Shown piece after piece: positions 19,950-30,844 of a stretch of DNA of 64,000 nucleotides; the first letter of the stretch is position 1; each line of letters starts with the position of its first letter. A program made the position numbers and the translations under genes. Source of the stretch: a virus; the IMG/VR virus record IMGVR_UViG_3300025280_000022. One strand, written 5' to 3'. The notes below the pieces were generated by a model. The model was given only the letters and a program-made list of their open reading frames with translations, was not told the origin of the DNA and did not search any database.

Positions 19950-20489
19950 ATGAAAAATCTATTACATAAAACCAAAACTTATTTGGTTGGCCACATGCAG
20001 TATCTGGAAGGGCGCGATTGGCGTGGCGAAGTGGCAGATAAACTTGGGGCATTAGGTATTACATGTTTTAATCCATACAATAAGCCGTTCATTAAAGACG
20101 TGGAAGAAGATGAATCCACTCGCGAAGAGATGGAGGTTTGGATGAAGACCAAACAATATGATCGGGTCACTGAAAGAATGAAGTGCGTAAGATCGTATGA
20201 TTTAAATTTAGTAGACCGCTCTGATTTTATTATTGCCCACCTAGTTCCAGATGTGGCAAGCTGGGGAAGCGCAGAAGAAATTGTTACGGCCGTACGCATG
20301 AAGAAGCCTATTTTTGTGAGCATGGAGGGAGGAAAGTGCAAAACGCCGCTGTGGATGCTGGGCATGTTTCCTCATAAATATATTTATAATTCTCTCGAAG
20401 AAATTGTGGAAATGCTTTATGCTATTGACAATGGGAGTAAAGAAATAGATTCGGATCGCTGGCGACTGTTGAGAAGAGAATTTAGGTAA
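19950..20489 (+). CDS. Nucleoside 2-deoxyribosyltransferase-like protein
   Basis: TYLVG.M..DWR..FNP, DL..V.RSD, SWGSAEE motifs. Confidence 0.7.
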   Translation: MKNLLHKTKTYLVGHMQYLEGRDWRGEVADKLGALGITCFNPYNKPFIKDVEEDESTREEMEVWMKTKQYDRVTERMKCVRSYDLNLVDRSDFIIAHLVPDVASWGSAEEIVTAVRMKKPIFVSMEGGKCKTPLWMLGMFPHKYIYNSLEEIVEMLYAIDNGSKEIDSDRWRLLRREFR

Positions 20490-21433
20490 TGAGAGAACTT
20501 AAATATTCTGACATTATATTGTTGCCCCAATACTCCACGCTCAGGAGTCGCTCTAAGGCATGTACCGCTGTCCATCTTGGATCCAACATAGATTCCTTTG
20601 TGTCCCCCATTATTCCTGCAAATATGCGGGCCGTAATCGATGAGGATCGAGCATTTTCATTGAGCGAAGATTATTATTTTTATACAATGCATCGCTTTGG
20701 CGTGGATCCTATTGAGTTTTGCAAGCGAGCGCGGAACTGGAAAACCATTTCCATTAGTATAGGTGTCAAGCCACGGGACAAAGTTTATATTACAGCCCTG
20801 GCTCAAAGAGACTTAAGGGTCGATTACATTACAATTGATATTGCGCATGGCCACTCTAGCGCCATGAAAGAAATGATTAAGCTTATAAAAAAACACTTGC
20901 CCGACACTTTTGTTATTGCGGGTAATGTGGCTACCCCAGAGGCAGTTAAGGCTCTGGCGGAGTGGGGCGCAGATTGCGCAAAAGTAGGGATCGGACAAGG
21001 TTATGTTTGCACGACTAAAGACAAAACAGGGTTTACTCGCCCAATGTTTTCGTGTGTTGAGGACTGCGCACGAAACAAATCCATCCCCATTATTGCTGAT
21101 GGAGGAATTAGATGCAATGGAGATATAACGAAGGCTTTAGTGGCAGGGGCAGATATGGTGATGGCGGGTTCTATATTTAGTCAATGTGTGGATAGCCCCG
21201 CGGTGTCTACAGTGGTAGACGGCAGGATTTATAAACAATATTTTGGCTCAGCCAGCGAACATAACAAGAAAGAGAAAAAACATATTGAAGGCATGATGAA
21301 AGAAGTCCCATCTAATAATATGACCTATCAAGAAAAGCTCGGTGAAATAAAGGAAGATTTGCAATCTGCTATTTCCTATGCGGGAGGTAAAGACCTTACG
21401 TGCTTTAAAAATGTAAAATATTTAGAAATTTAA
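20489..21433 (+). CDS. guaC: GMP reductase
   Basis: PANM, IDIAHGHS, AGNVATPE, KVGIGQGYVCTT, IADGGI, YFGSAS; no CBS domain. Confidence 0.85.
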   Translation: MRELKYSDIILLPQYSTLRSRSKACTAVHLGSNIDSFVSPIIPANMRAVIDEDRAFSLSEDYYFYTMHRFGVDPIEFCKRARNWKTISISIGVKPRDKVYITALAQRDLRVDYITIDIAHGHSSAMKEMIKLIKKHLPDTFVIAGNVATPEAVKALAEWGADCAKVGIGQGYVCTTKDKTGFTRPMFSCVEDCARNKSIPIIADGGIRCNGDITKALVAGADMVMAGSIFSQCVDSPAVSTVVDGRIYKQYFGSASEHNKKEKKHIEGMMKEVPSNNMTYQEKLGEIKEDLQSAISYAGGKDLTCFKNVKYLEI

Positions 21434-21455
21434 ATTTTTAACTTTATTATCTAAC

Positions 21456-21695
21456 ATGACCGATCAAGAATTAAAAAACGCTTTAGTCACAGAGCTCCTT
21501 AACACGATGCCTCTATATAAGATATTAGATTTAGCTAGGGGATTTGCCGACGTTTTGGCAGATCAACAGCTGACAGACATTACCGAGGAGCAGCGCGAAG
21601 CTCTGGTGGCCAATTTTAGCCCACCGCCTTCCGAGGACTCAGAAGAAGTCGCGCCGAAAAAGGCCTCCAAGAAAAAGAAGGTTGCGGCCAAGTAA
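21456..21695 (+). CDS. Hypothetical protein with basic C-terminal tail
   Basis: ORF ending KKASKKKKVAAK. Confidence 0.5.
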   Translation: MTDQELKNALVTELLNTMPLYKILDLARGFADVLADQQLTDITEEQREALVANFSPPPSEDSEEVAPKKASKKKKVAAK

Positions 21696-21716
21696 TTAAT
21701 ATAGTGTATCATAAGG

Positions 21717-22129
<413 letters not shown>

Positions 22130-22138
22130 TATTTTATA

Positions 22139-22441
22139 TTGGTTAATTTTAAACAAAGCCCGTGCCATGGCAATGGCTTAATTGCTGAAGAAAACATTGA
22201 GGCAGACACCTTTGTGTGGAACACGCATCTTACATTCCCCGAGATTAAAGGGTTATGGATAAATATTACCCCCAATTGCCTTTACAATCATTCAAAAAAA
22301 TACGAAAATTGCAAAATCGTGACGAGCGGCGACGTCAAAAGCCTCTATACAATTAAAAAAATAAAAGCAGGAGAAGAGCTTTTTATAGATTATACCAAGG
22401 ACAGGGAGCTCGAGCAACCCGAAGAGCAGTGGGAGAAATAA
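22139..22441 (+). CDS. SET-domain protein
   Basis: QSPCHGNGLIA, YNHS..NC, IKAGEELFIDY SET signatures. Confidence 0.8.
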   Translation: MVNFKQSPCHGNGLIAEENIEADTFVWNTHLTFPEIKGLWINITPNCLYNHSKKYENCKIVTSGDVKSLYTIKKIKAGEELFIDYTKDRELEQPEEQWEK

Positions 22442-22548
22442 TTACGCTTGACTTTTAAAGCGGATTAATGTATTATATAACTCATGTTCGAGGTCACATT
22501 ATATATCACTTTAACTCTATATTATTATTTTTTTGTCCTTAAGCCCTC

Positions 22549-22800
22549 ATGATTTCGTTGGTTTCCAATAAAGAATTAGGATTTTCTTTCGGGTTCAATC
22601 AAGACTCTGAGGAGGTTATTGAGGCATTGCGTGAGTTATATATCCAGAAATACGGAAAAGAAGCTTATGCACAGGCGCGCGTCATCCTAGTGTCGGCAGA
22701 CAAATTTTTTCACACTATTAAAAATGTTTATAACCTTCCTTCTCTTTATGAATTTACGGAAGACCTACAATCATATTTAGAACAATACCTAGACATATAA
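22549..22800 (+). CDS. Hypothetical protein
   Basis: ORF track; same-strand gene run. Confidence 0.5.
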   Translation: MISLVSNKELGFSFGFNQDSEEVIEALRELYIQKYGKEAYAQARVILVSADKFFHTIKNVYNLPSLYEFTEDLQSYLEQYLDI

Positions 22801-22802
22801 AA

Positions 22803-23054
22803 ATGAGACAACAATACATTCAAGGAATATACGGCGAAATCGCTGGAAAATTAGATCAAAAACTAATGGACCTCGAGAATCTTTTGACTAATTCGGTGGG
22901 CATTGGAGAACACGGCAGTATATCGGACGAAATTAAAAAGCATCTAGAGGAAGTAGATAAGCTTAAGTCCCTTAAGCAAACCATTGAGGAGCTTTTTACT
23001 CAAAATAATTCCGCTGCTCCCGTGGGCGAAGACGTTGCAGCTGGTCCAGAATAG
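22803..23054 (+). CDS. Hypothetical protein (VGIGEH motif, common in phages)
   Basis: LTNSVGIGEH.SI..EI motif. Confidence 0.55.
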   Translation: MRQQYIQGIYGEIAGKLDQKLMDLENLLTNSVGIGEHGSISDEIKKHLEEVDKLKSLKQTIEELFTQNNSAAPVGEDVAAGPE

Positions 23055-23331
23055 CATGAAGGGTAGAGGAGTCTATTCGTGCAACAGTTATGCTAGCTCG
23101 CTTGGGGCGTACCGAGATGTCCCGTTCTGTAAAGGGGTCAACAATATCCGCCACATAGTCAAAGGCTCCATATTTTTTTAGCCAGCGCCAGTAGATGTCG
23201 CGCATATTCCTCTCGCACTCAATCACCACATTTTTTTTAATAAAACAATTGGTATAAAGAGTGAGGTCCCGAAAACAAGCTATCGAACTAGGCGGCTCAC
23301 TTAGGCTGGCATCAATTATTATAGGCATCAT
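22996..23331 (-). CDS. Hypothetical protein
   Basis: ORF preceded by a minus-strand GTGTA motif. Confidence 0.5.
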   Translation of the reverse strand: MMPIIIDASLSEPPSSIACFRDLTLYTNCFIKKNVVIECERNMRDIYWRWLKKYGAFDYVADIVDPFTERDISVRPKRASITVARIDSSTLHAILDQLQRLRPREQRNYFE

Positions 23332-23346
23332 TATAATTTACACCAG

Positions 23347-24216
23347 ATGAATGGAATAATATATGCAGCAACCAACACCAATAGATGGTTTGCGCCTGTC
23401 AATAAAGAATCTAAAGGCATTGATGTAGCATTCTCAATATATGCAGCGCGCTCAGCAAGGTCTGTCAAGAAGGTGGTGCCCAATATACATATCACCCTTT
23501 TTGCAGATAAAATAAATCAGGAAGTTATTGAGCGTGAAAACATGGAGAAGGTATTTGATGACATAATTTTTCATAAATATCCCAAAATAAAGAAGGGCGA
23601 GAACTTTCAGTTTGAAAGCAAGCTCTATGCGATGCTGAACAGCCCTTATGAAAAAACTATATTTTTAGATGCAGATACCATAGTTTTAAACAACAGAATA
23701 AATGAATTTTACGACGCCCTAGAGTGGCATGATATTGCGGCTCCCCTTCACGCGAGGGGCCATACTATCTGCCCAGCGAGCTTTAGACACCTCGCTGCTT
23801 TGGGTAATTTTGAGAAAGTTGCGGGGATAGACCACATACCACCCTCTTTCCTTGAATTATCCAGTGCCGCCCTAGGTTTTAATAAAAACTCAAAGACTCG
23901 TAAAATGCTTGAGCTGGCATATGAGATGTATATGACAGATCCTCTTAAGTGGAAACCGCTCCTCCGCCAGCCCCCTGTTTCTAAAAAATATTGGTCAGAC
24001 ATGTATACCTTATGGCATGCCCAATGGGAAGCGAAAGTTACTCGTTTTGTTCTTCCTCGTGAATTTCTTCTGGTGGGAAATAATCTTGCCCCCCTTTATC
24101 CTAATTCAACCCAGCGTTTTTATGCCGATACAATTATTCATCACGGAAGAAATACCTATGAAGATCTAACGGAGATGGGGAGCGTATCATTTTGGAAAAC
24201 CCAATTTAATGATTAG
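23347..24216 (+). CDS. GT-A fold glycosyltransferase
   Basis: SARS.K, K..A..SPYEKTIFLDADT (DxD). Confidence 0.75.
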   Translation: MNGIIYAATNTNRWFAPVNKESKGIDVAFSIYAARSARSVKKVVPNIHITLFADKINQEVIERENMEKVFDDIIFHKYPKIKKGENFQFESKLYAMLNSPYEKTIFLDADTIVLNNRINEFYDALEWHDIAAPLHARGHTICPASFRHLAALGNFEKVAGIDHIPPSFLELSSAALGFNKNSKTRKMLELAYEMYMTDPLKWKPLLRQPPVSKKYWSDMYTLWHAQWEAKVTRFVLPREFLLVGNNLAPLYPNSTQRFYADTIIHHGRNTYEDLTEMGSVSFWKTQFND

Positions 24217-24949
24217 CTATAAAGATCGTTTTTTATTTATACATGTGCCTCGAACAGGCGGCACCTCGATCGAAAATTTTTTACAACGACACACTGCAGC
24301 TCTGGACGAGCTTCCTCGTGACGAGGCGCTGGTGGAAGATTTATTGCGCTATCAACACCTTCACGCAGCAAGAGCAGAAAAAATATTTTTAGAAAAAAAA
24401 ATTTCTTTTGGGGGGTTTTTCAAATTTTCTTTTGTCCGTAATCCCTGGGAGGCTTTGGTTTCTTTCTTTTTTTATGACCAGTATACTCTTTTAAATGAAA
24501 GCCCAGGAGCCTCTCACACGGTAGTTTTTGCCGATTATGTAAGAGAGAATATACCACCCAAGGAATCTTTTTCTTCAACCCCCAAGAAGAGCGATGTCCT
24601 CTTTGGCCTTATGGGCGAACTGTCGATGGGAGTGAAGTGTCATCGTTTTAGCCCAAGTTTTTGGTTATGCGACGATGACGACAATATGTTAATGGATTTT
24701 GTAGGGAGATTCGAAAACCTCCAACAAGATTTTGATTTAATATGTGATAGAATAAAAATTCCTCGAGGGGGGCTATCGAGGCTCAGGGCGTGCGGCGACA
24801 CAGACAGCTGTCCATGGCATAAAGAGAGGGGCATCCATATTCCCCCTTACGGTCTTTATACTGAATATTATAACGATGAAAGCCTACAGTTGGCCAACGA
24901 TCTTTTTCAAAAAGATGCTGATTACTTTGGGTATAAATTTGGAGAATGA
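24209..24949 (+). CDS. Sulfotransferase (family 2)
   Basis: FIHVPRTGGTS (5'-PSB), FVRNPW..VS, GRFENL, D..FGY.F. Confidence 0.85.
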   Translation: MISYKDRFLFIHVPRTGGTSIENFLQRHTAALDELPRDEALVEDLLRYQHLHAARAEKIFLEKKISFGGFFKFSFVRNPWEALVSFFFYDQYTLLNESPGASHTVVFADYVRENIPPKESFSSTPKKSDVLFGLMGELSMGVKCHRFSPSFWLCDDDDNMLMDFVGRFENLQQDFDLICDRIKIPRGGLSRLRACGDTDSCPWHKERGIHIPPYGLYTEYYNDESLQLANDLFQKDADYFGYKFGE

Positions 24950-24973
24950 GAAGGGGTCGCCTCATAACGCGGA

Positions 24974-25696
24974 ATGTTTGTTTCTTATAAATATAAATTT
25001 ATTTTCTGGAGGCCTCAAAAGGTGGGAGGCACTAGCGTTCAACACGCATTAAATCAAATACCCGCAGGAGATCAAGACCTTATGACTCTTCTTTCTCTCA
25101 AAGAGCCAATGAAGGCTTTATTTACTCGCCCAATGTTTTCGGGTGTTGAGAACTGTGCGCATCGACCCTGGGTCGCGGGAAGCAATGAAGGGCTGGAGGG
25201 ACATGGGCACGCAAAACCTTTGAAGATTTTTAAGGAGTTAAAGTTCTCCCCCGCAGAGTGGGATTCTTTTTATAAGTTTACTATTATTAGAAACCCTTGG
25301 GACCTCTGTGTTTCCCTTTATTGGTTTCGCGAAGCAACCCATCGGGCGGGAGTAGGGGTGGCTCCCCTCCCTCAGCCTAAAAACCCTATTTATATTGAAA
25401 GATTCAAGAGGTGGGCGTTTCAACATTATAAAGATAAACATAGTGATAACTATTTTTATCCCGATTCTCTTCAGCCTATTGCTGATTATTATATACGTTT
25501 TGAAACCCTTCGGGAGGATTATGCTTATGTTTGCAATCATTTACAAATCCCTGTAATTCCGTTGCCCCACCTAAAGGGCCAGTTTAGAAAAAGCAAGTTA
25601 CCGTATTGGGAATATTATAATAAAGAACTGGAGGAGATGGTGCGCGAGCAGTTCTCGAGAGAAATTAAAGTATTCGGATATAAGTTTGGAGAGTAA
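24974..25696 (+). CDS. Sulfotransferase (family 2)
   Basis: QKVGGTS, IRNPWD..VS.Y, RFETL, FGYKF. Confidence 0.85.
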   Translation: MFVSYKYKFIFWRPQKVGGTSVQHALNQIPAGDQDLMTLLSLKEPMKALFTRPMFSGVENCAHRPWVAGSNEGLEGHGHAKPLKIFKELKFSPAEWDSFYKFTIIRNPWDLCVSLYWFREATHRAGVGVAPLPQPKNPIYIERFKRWAFQHYKDKHSDNYFYPDSLQPIADYYIRFETLREDYAYVCNHLQIPVIPLPHLKGQFRKSKLPYWEYYNKELEEMVREQFSREIKVFGYKFGE

Positions 25697-25701
25697 AAGC
25701 G

Positions 25702-26205
25702 ATGAGATACCCATTAAAAAAAATAAAGGATGCCGCTATCTGTGCGGAAATTGGGGTGTGGAAAGGGAATTTTTCCCATAAAATACTTCGGAGAGACCCG
25801 AAGGAACTGCACTTGATTGACCCTTGGGCGCATCAGGACTATAAAAAAAGATGGTATTCTATTGAACAAGAAAAAATGGATAAAATCCACTTAGGCGTTC
25901 AAGAAAGATTTAAAAATTGCCCAAACGTAAAAATTCATCGAAAATTCTCGACTGAAGTTAAGTTCCCTAAAAATTATTTTGACTGGGTTTATGTTGACGG
26001 AAACCATTCTTATGAATTTGTTTTAAAAGATTTAAATTATTATTTTCCCTTAATTAAGAAAGGCGGGTATTTGTGTGGAGATGATTACGGCTGGCGAGAT
26101 GCTGATTGCCCTAAAGGCCCCAAGGTGGCCGTAGATGAATTCGCGCTAAAAAATAATTTAAAGCTAAAAATTAGCGGAAATCAATTTGTAATTCCCATAA
26201 CGTGA
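25702..26205 (+). CDS. Class I SAM-dependent methyltransferase (Methyltransf_24-like)
   Basis: EIGVWKG, LIDPW, DWVYVDGNHSY, GG...GDDY. Confidence 0.85.
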   Translation: MRYPLKKIKDAAICAEIGVWKGNFSHKILRRDPKELHLIDPWAHQDYKKRWYSIEQEKMDKIHLGVQERFKNCPNVKIHRKFSTEVKFPKNYFDWVYVDGNHSYEFVLKDLNYYFPLIKKGGYLCGDDYGWRDADCPKGPKVAVDEFALKNNLKLKISGNQFVIPIT

Positions 26206-26453
26206 TACCCCACAATGCGCTTGAAAAAAAAGTTCTTGACTTCTAAGTTTATTTTTAGTATACTATACGTCTAATGAATCAAAAATCGGCCAAGCGCCTT
26301 AGAAAGCTCATAAATCCGCAAGATGCAACATCTCGCAGGGCTTATCGCAGATTAAAAAAAACCTACACAGGAATTAAAAATACCAAGGCTAAAGAAGATT
26401 TTTTATTTATGGTAGAAAACTTACAAAATTCATCTAATATTAACTAATACATT

Positions 26454-26765
26454 ATGAGCGAAGAAGCAAATACTGAAAGCAAGTGGAGGTCCAGAGAGCT
26501 GGGCGCCCTTTGGAAACGACAAGGACGCAACCAAAACTATCTCACGGGTACGATTCGTGTGGGAGAGTTTGGGGTGGAGAAAGAAGTAAAGGTGGTCATC
26601 TTTACCAACAAGAATAAGTCCAAGAATGAACGCGCCCCCGATTTTATTGTTTATGAGTCGGAGCCCCCCGAAGCCAAAGAAGATCAAGAGGTGGCAGCAT
26701 CCGCCGCGCCTGTGGTGGATACAGAGGGCGTTAATGATGAAGAGGTCCCCGAGTTACTGGTGTAA
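26454..26765 (+). CDS. DUF736-like putative ssDNA-binding protein
   Basis: ELGALWKR..YLTG..N..K..APDF plus acidic tail. Confidence 0.55.
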   Translation: MSEEANTESKWRSRELGALWKRQGRNQNYLTGTIRVGEFGVEKEVKVVIFTNKNKSKNERAPDFIVYESEPPEAKEDQEVAASAAPVVDTEGVNDEEVPELLV

Positions 26766-26771
26766 ATCATT

Positions 26772-27140
26772 ATGAACTTGGAGTACGCCTTAATTACGTC
26801 GGCCTCCCTCCCTACTCAAGTTAAAGAGAGTGCGAATTATGTTTCGCTGGACAAGGCGCAGTGGTTCGACTTAGTAGATTATAGTGAGGATCTTGTCAAT
26901 GAAGATTCCAATCAACAGGTTTTATTGCTGATTTGCGCTCGAGGAACTCCCGAGCAGGAAGAGGCGGATAAGCTGCAGCGAGAACACCTTAAAGAGATGG
27001 AAGATGAGACGCACCGAAAGCTTCAAGAAGCGGACGAGCTCAAAAAATCCAGAGAAGAAGAGGTGGCCACCCGAGATAAGCGCCGCGTAGAGTTGCGCAA
27101 AAAGTCTAAATCTATATTCAATGCCCTTTACGGAAAGTAA
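26772..27140 (+). CDS. Hypothetical coiled-coil protein
   Basis: ORF preceded by GTGTA. Confidence 0.5.
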   Translation: MNLEYALITSASLPTQVKESANYVSLDKAQWFDLVDYSEDLVNEDSNQQVLLLICARGTPEQEEADKLQREHLKEMEDETHRKLQEADELKKSREEEVATRDKRRVELRKKSKSIFNALYGK

Positions 27141-27459
27141 TATATCCCTTACTCTCGATCTGGCGGTTTCTTTTGTGGAACAGCACTGTGAACGTAATGA
27201 GATAAAGTTCTATAGACGAAAGCCTGCTGTCGAGACCGATGCGCAAGTTATCATTATTGGTACTGACACGGGACGGTATGGAAGTATCGGTTGGTGCACC
27301 ACAGAAAGGCGAATTAGATGCTTTTGCAGGAACGATGCCAAATATAACTGGGCCAAGCTAGAAGGCTTTCCAGAGGAAAAAATTTACGAAATTTTCGAGA
27401 GCGAAATCGTAAAAGAGGTCTCGCTTGAGGAAATGGCATCGCTTTTTACAGGGGACTAA
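27121..27459 (+). CDS. Hypothetical protein
   Basis: Overlapping ORF in the operon. Confidence 0.5.
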   Translation: MPFTESNISLTLDLAVSFVEQHCERNEIKFYRRKPAVETDAQVIIIGTDTGRYGSIGWCTTERRIRCFCRNDAKYNWAKLEGFPEEKIYEIFESEIVKEVSLEEMASLFTGD

Positions 27460-27692
27460 TAACATGATAGGGCGCCTTCAGGTTATCAAGAGCACTCTTT
27501 CTACCTTTAATTCTCTTGTTATTAACGAAGTAACCTTGAGGCATTTAGAGGTGGATAAAATTTTAGTGAGGTCTCCAGGCTTTGAATTCCCCTTGTGGCC
27601 TCGCAATATTATCTTTGAAGAAAATCAGCTGCGCCTCAATGGATTTGTTCTCTATAAGGGGATTATGGGCCAAGTGGAATGTGTAATAACAC

Positions 27693-28211
27693 TTGGTGGC
27701 TAATTTTATAATAAATTTTTTTACGGGTGACTGTTGTACGGGGGCGAATTGCGACAGTATAGATATTACGGGCTGCGCTTGCTCAGGAGTGTGCATTCAG
27801 TATAAGTGTGGGTGCGCGGGTGACCCACCCACTCTGATGGATATTCCCTGCGCCTTGTTGCTGTACAACGAGTATGAAGATATTGAAACCAAATATGTTA
27901 ATCTTACCACCGACACAGGCAGTTGCTATTATCAAGCATGTGATGGGGACACCTATACCCCCGATTCCACTCAGATCTGGTATGATCCAGTGGGGGGAAG
28001 TTGGTCAGGTTACAATTACCCCCCAGGAATCGATCTTTTTGAGGGTCCTGGGGCTTGCGAAGGGCCTACTGGTAGCTATGAGGGCATAGGCTCGGAGGCT
28101 GGTAATAGTTTTACGGTAAAGCTCTGCGTTCTGTGCTCGGGGTGCGGTTGCGTTGATTGGCCATCAGGCGATTACCATAACACAAGTGGGTGTTTAGATT
28201 TTCCCGAATGA
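27693..28211 (+). CDS. Cys/Gly-rich hypothetical protein
   Basis: Many cysteines in CxC/CC clusters; preceded by GTGTA. Confidence 0.55.
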   Translation: MVANFIINFFTGDCCTGANCDSIDITGCACSGVCIQYKCGCAGDPPTLMDIPCALLLYNEYEDIETKYVNLTTDTGSCYYQACDGDTYTPDSTQIWYDPVGGSWSGYNYPPGIDLFEGPGACEGPTGSYEGIGSEAGNSFTVKLCVLCSGCGCVDWPSGDYHNTSGCLDFPE

Positions 28212-28543
28212 CAATATTACTCTATATTCTTGGGGCCCTGATTAACTGTTGGTTTATCTGTACCTGGTTTTTTACCTCATTGCCCGTCCATTTATTTAAG
28301 CCTTTTATAAAAAAAGAAGCGAAAGTTTATTTGTGGGAAGATTGGAGTAGGTGGTTGATGTGGAGGAACGAGTTTCTGGCAGAGCTGTTAGGTTGCCCTT
28401 TGTGTTTGGGGTTTTGGGTTGCGCTCCCGATTTCCACCATAATAGCATGGACAAATAATTTAGAAGTTTCCTTTGTATTCGCCTGCTGGTTTAGCCACCC
28501 TTTCATTTCGTTTGTGGCCCATAAATTTCTCGAAAAAGAATAA
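28208..28543 (+). CDS. DUF1360-like membrane protein
   Basis: ELLGCPLCLGFWV motif between TM helices. Confidence 0.6.
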   Translation: MTILLYILGALINCWFICTWFFTSLPVHLFKPFIKKEAKVYLWEDWSRWLMWRNEFLAELLGCPLCLGFWVALPISTIIAWTNNLEVSFVFACWFSHPFISFVAHKFLEKE

Positions 28544-29215
28544 ATTCTAACTATTATATAGAAATGGACATAGAAGCTATTTATAATAAATTTATAGGAG
28601 GGGAAATTGACGAAGACACCCCTTACGCCGAAGAGCTGCGGGAAATGTTGGTGGCTTTTCAGAATCAGCTTATAGGTCCTGGTTGTGCTGCGTGTCGAAG
28701 ACGAGCGGTGGAGAAAAATTTTAAACATCGATTCATTGATGTCATGCAAAAATACAAAAACTGAACTTTCTCGGAGAGAGAGGTTTGCCGAGTACTGGAT
28801 GGATTGCCATTACGAGAGGGCGCTCGGCTTAATTCAAGGACTTTCTTGTAATGAAGTGGTAGACTATGCATATTATATAGCCAAATATTTTGGCCTACAA
28901 GATTTAGATTTTTTTAACAAGCTCCTTAATTAACGCTTGACCTTTAGCGCAATTTGTGTAATAATGGGCATGAAGATAAGAAAAATAATGCTGAACCGAC
29001 TAAACAGGGAGACCAACAAATCCAAGGGCCCCTGGGGCATGAAAAGCTTTAATATTACCTATGTAAAAAAAGGACGAAAACTAGAACGGCATCGATTTGT
29101 GAGCGCCCCGAACAAAAGAAGGGCCTTAAAGCAATTTGAAGCGATAATGAACAAGTCCAACATTCAAGTAGAGATTTTATCCGTTAAGGAAGTAAAAGAT
29201 TTTTAATCATAGATT

Positions 29216-29899
29216 ATGAAAACTAAAACTAAAGTAATTCTAGGAGTCGCGATAGCCATTATTATTGGCCTATTCGCATACAACAAGATGAACGCGGAAG
29301 AGTTGTCTGGCAACTTTTCTCTCGGCTATAATTCCGAATTAAGCTTCAGGGGAGTAGCGGCAGAGACTTCTGCCATTCAAAGCTCTCTAGGCTTAGACGC
29401 AAATATTTTTGGTCTAGATATCGGACTTGGAGCTGCAACAAATATTAAGGATGTAGGAAAGAATGAAACGAGACTTTCTGCGCAGACAGGAGTTAAGGTC
29501 CTGGACTCTGTTAGTACATCCGTTGGCGTTGTTAAGTATAGCAATAACCATGCTGTTGGGGACGATGCGGAGCTTTTTATTGTTCTTGGAGCTGAGATTA
29601 TTCTTAGTCCAGGGGTGAAGCTCTTTTATAATCCTAGCGAGGCCCATACTACAGTAGAAGGATCTGTTTCTCAAGTTATTGAGATTACAGACGAAATTTC
29701 CGTCGAGGCCGTTGGTAGTGTCGGAAATACCACTATTGGGGGCGACTGGGGTCTTTACTATGGACTAGATGTTAGTGCTGGTTATTCTCTTGGAGATAAC
29801 ACTAAGGCTTATATTGGCATTGACCTGAAGGACTTAAAGGATATTAATATAGAAGCGCCCGAACTTGCATTTGTGGCGGGCGTTACTCGTACTTTTTAA
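29216..29899 (+). CDS. Outer-membrane beta-barrel protein
   Basis: Signal sequence, YNSE..FRGV start, alternating beta strands, terminal GVTRTF with a C-terminal Phe. Confidence 0.7.
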   Translation: MKTKTKVILGVAIAIIIGLFAYNKMNAEELSGNFSLGYNSELSFRGVAAETSAIQSSLGLDANIFGLDIGLGAATNIKDVGKNETRLSAQTGVKVLDSVSTSVGVVKYSNNHAVGDDAELFIVLGAEIILSPGVKLFYNPSEAHTTVEGSVSQVIEITDEISVEAVGSVGNTTIGGDWGLYYGLDVSAGYSLGDNTKAYIGIDLKDLKDINIEAPELAFVAGVTRTF

Positions 29900-29921
29900 C
29901 CTCTATTCGCTACATTAACTA

Positions 29922-29949
29922 GTAAAGGGGCGCTTCGGCGCCCCTTTAC
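29922..29949 (+). terminator. Intrinsic terminator hairpin
   Basis: GTAAAGGGGCGC-TTCG-GCGCCCCTTTAC. Confidence 0.8.
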
Positions 29950-30226
29950 ATAAATTTTAAAATATTATGAGCCTCTTAACAGCAACAGTTAATCACATTT
30001 GCCACAAGGCATTCCCCTATCTTATTATTTCTTTTTTGCTATGGGTCACATTAGGGTTGACACGGTGGGAACCTTATGCTATAATGGGCCTTATAATTTT
30101 TATGGATAAATACAATTACAAAATAGGTTATTTTTCCTGCATGATGGAACAGACTTTAAATCAGAACACTATTAAGAATGAAAAAAAGTCAGAGATGGAA
30201 GAATAAACTCAAGAGGAAGTTTTTAT

Positions 30227-30844
30227 ATGCCAAATATACTCCCACAAAAAAGAAAAAGGAAGAGCGCGTTAAATATGGCTTACGTTAATAAATATGACAA
30301 AGGAGGGAAGTGCTCCGTGATGGGGCATGGTGCAGAAGGTACATTCTCGAACCTAGCAGAAGCTCGAGGCTTCAAGGTCGATAAGGCCACTCGTTATGAA
30401 AATATGCATGAGCATTGGGATTTTTCGATAGATAGATGGGGTGATGATGATAACGACCTTGTTTATATGCAGGTAGATGTGAAGGCCCGCAAAAAGACCA
30501 GCAGAAAAGACACTAATTTTAATGATGAGTGGACATGGCTGGAGTTTAAGAATGTGAGGGGAGACCCTGGCTGGCTCAAAGGCGGTGCCACCCATATCGC
30601 ATTCGAGAGAGAAAATGATTTTGTGGTCGTTCCTCGTGGAGCTTTAAAAGATTGGGCTGCAGAGGAAATTGAGCGTAGGTGTCATCCTGACGGAGGCTCT
30701 CACCCCCATAAACACTGGGCTAAAAACGCTAGGGATGCAAAGTATAAATATTATACTCGCTGGAAAAGAGAAGATCTTCTTACCCAAGTCAAGATGGCGG
30801 ACATTATAAGCCACGTAAAAGAAGTGCAAATTTGGAAAAAATAA
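30227..30844 (+). CDS. PD-(D/E)XK-type nuclease-like protein
   Basis: G..AE..F, HWDF, VDVKA, WLEFKNV.G.PGWL motifs. Confidence 0.6.
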   Translation: MPNILPQKRKRKSALNMAYVNKYDKGGKCSVMGHGAEGTFSNLAEARGFKVDKATRYENMHEHWDFSIDRWGDDDNDLVYMQVDVKARKKTSRKDTNFNDEWTWLEFKNVRGDPGWLKGGATHIAFERENDFVVVPRGALKDWAAEEIERRCHPDGGSHPHKHWAKNARDAKYKYYTRWKREDLLTQVKMADIISHVKEVQIWKK

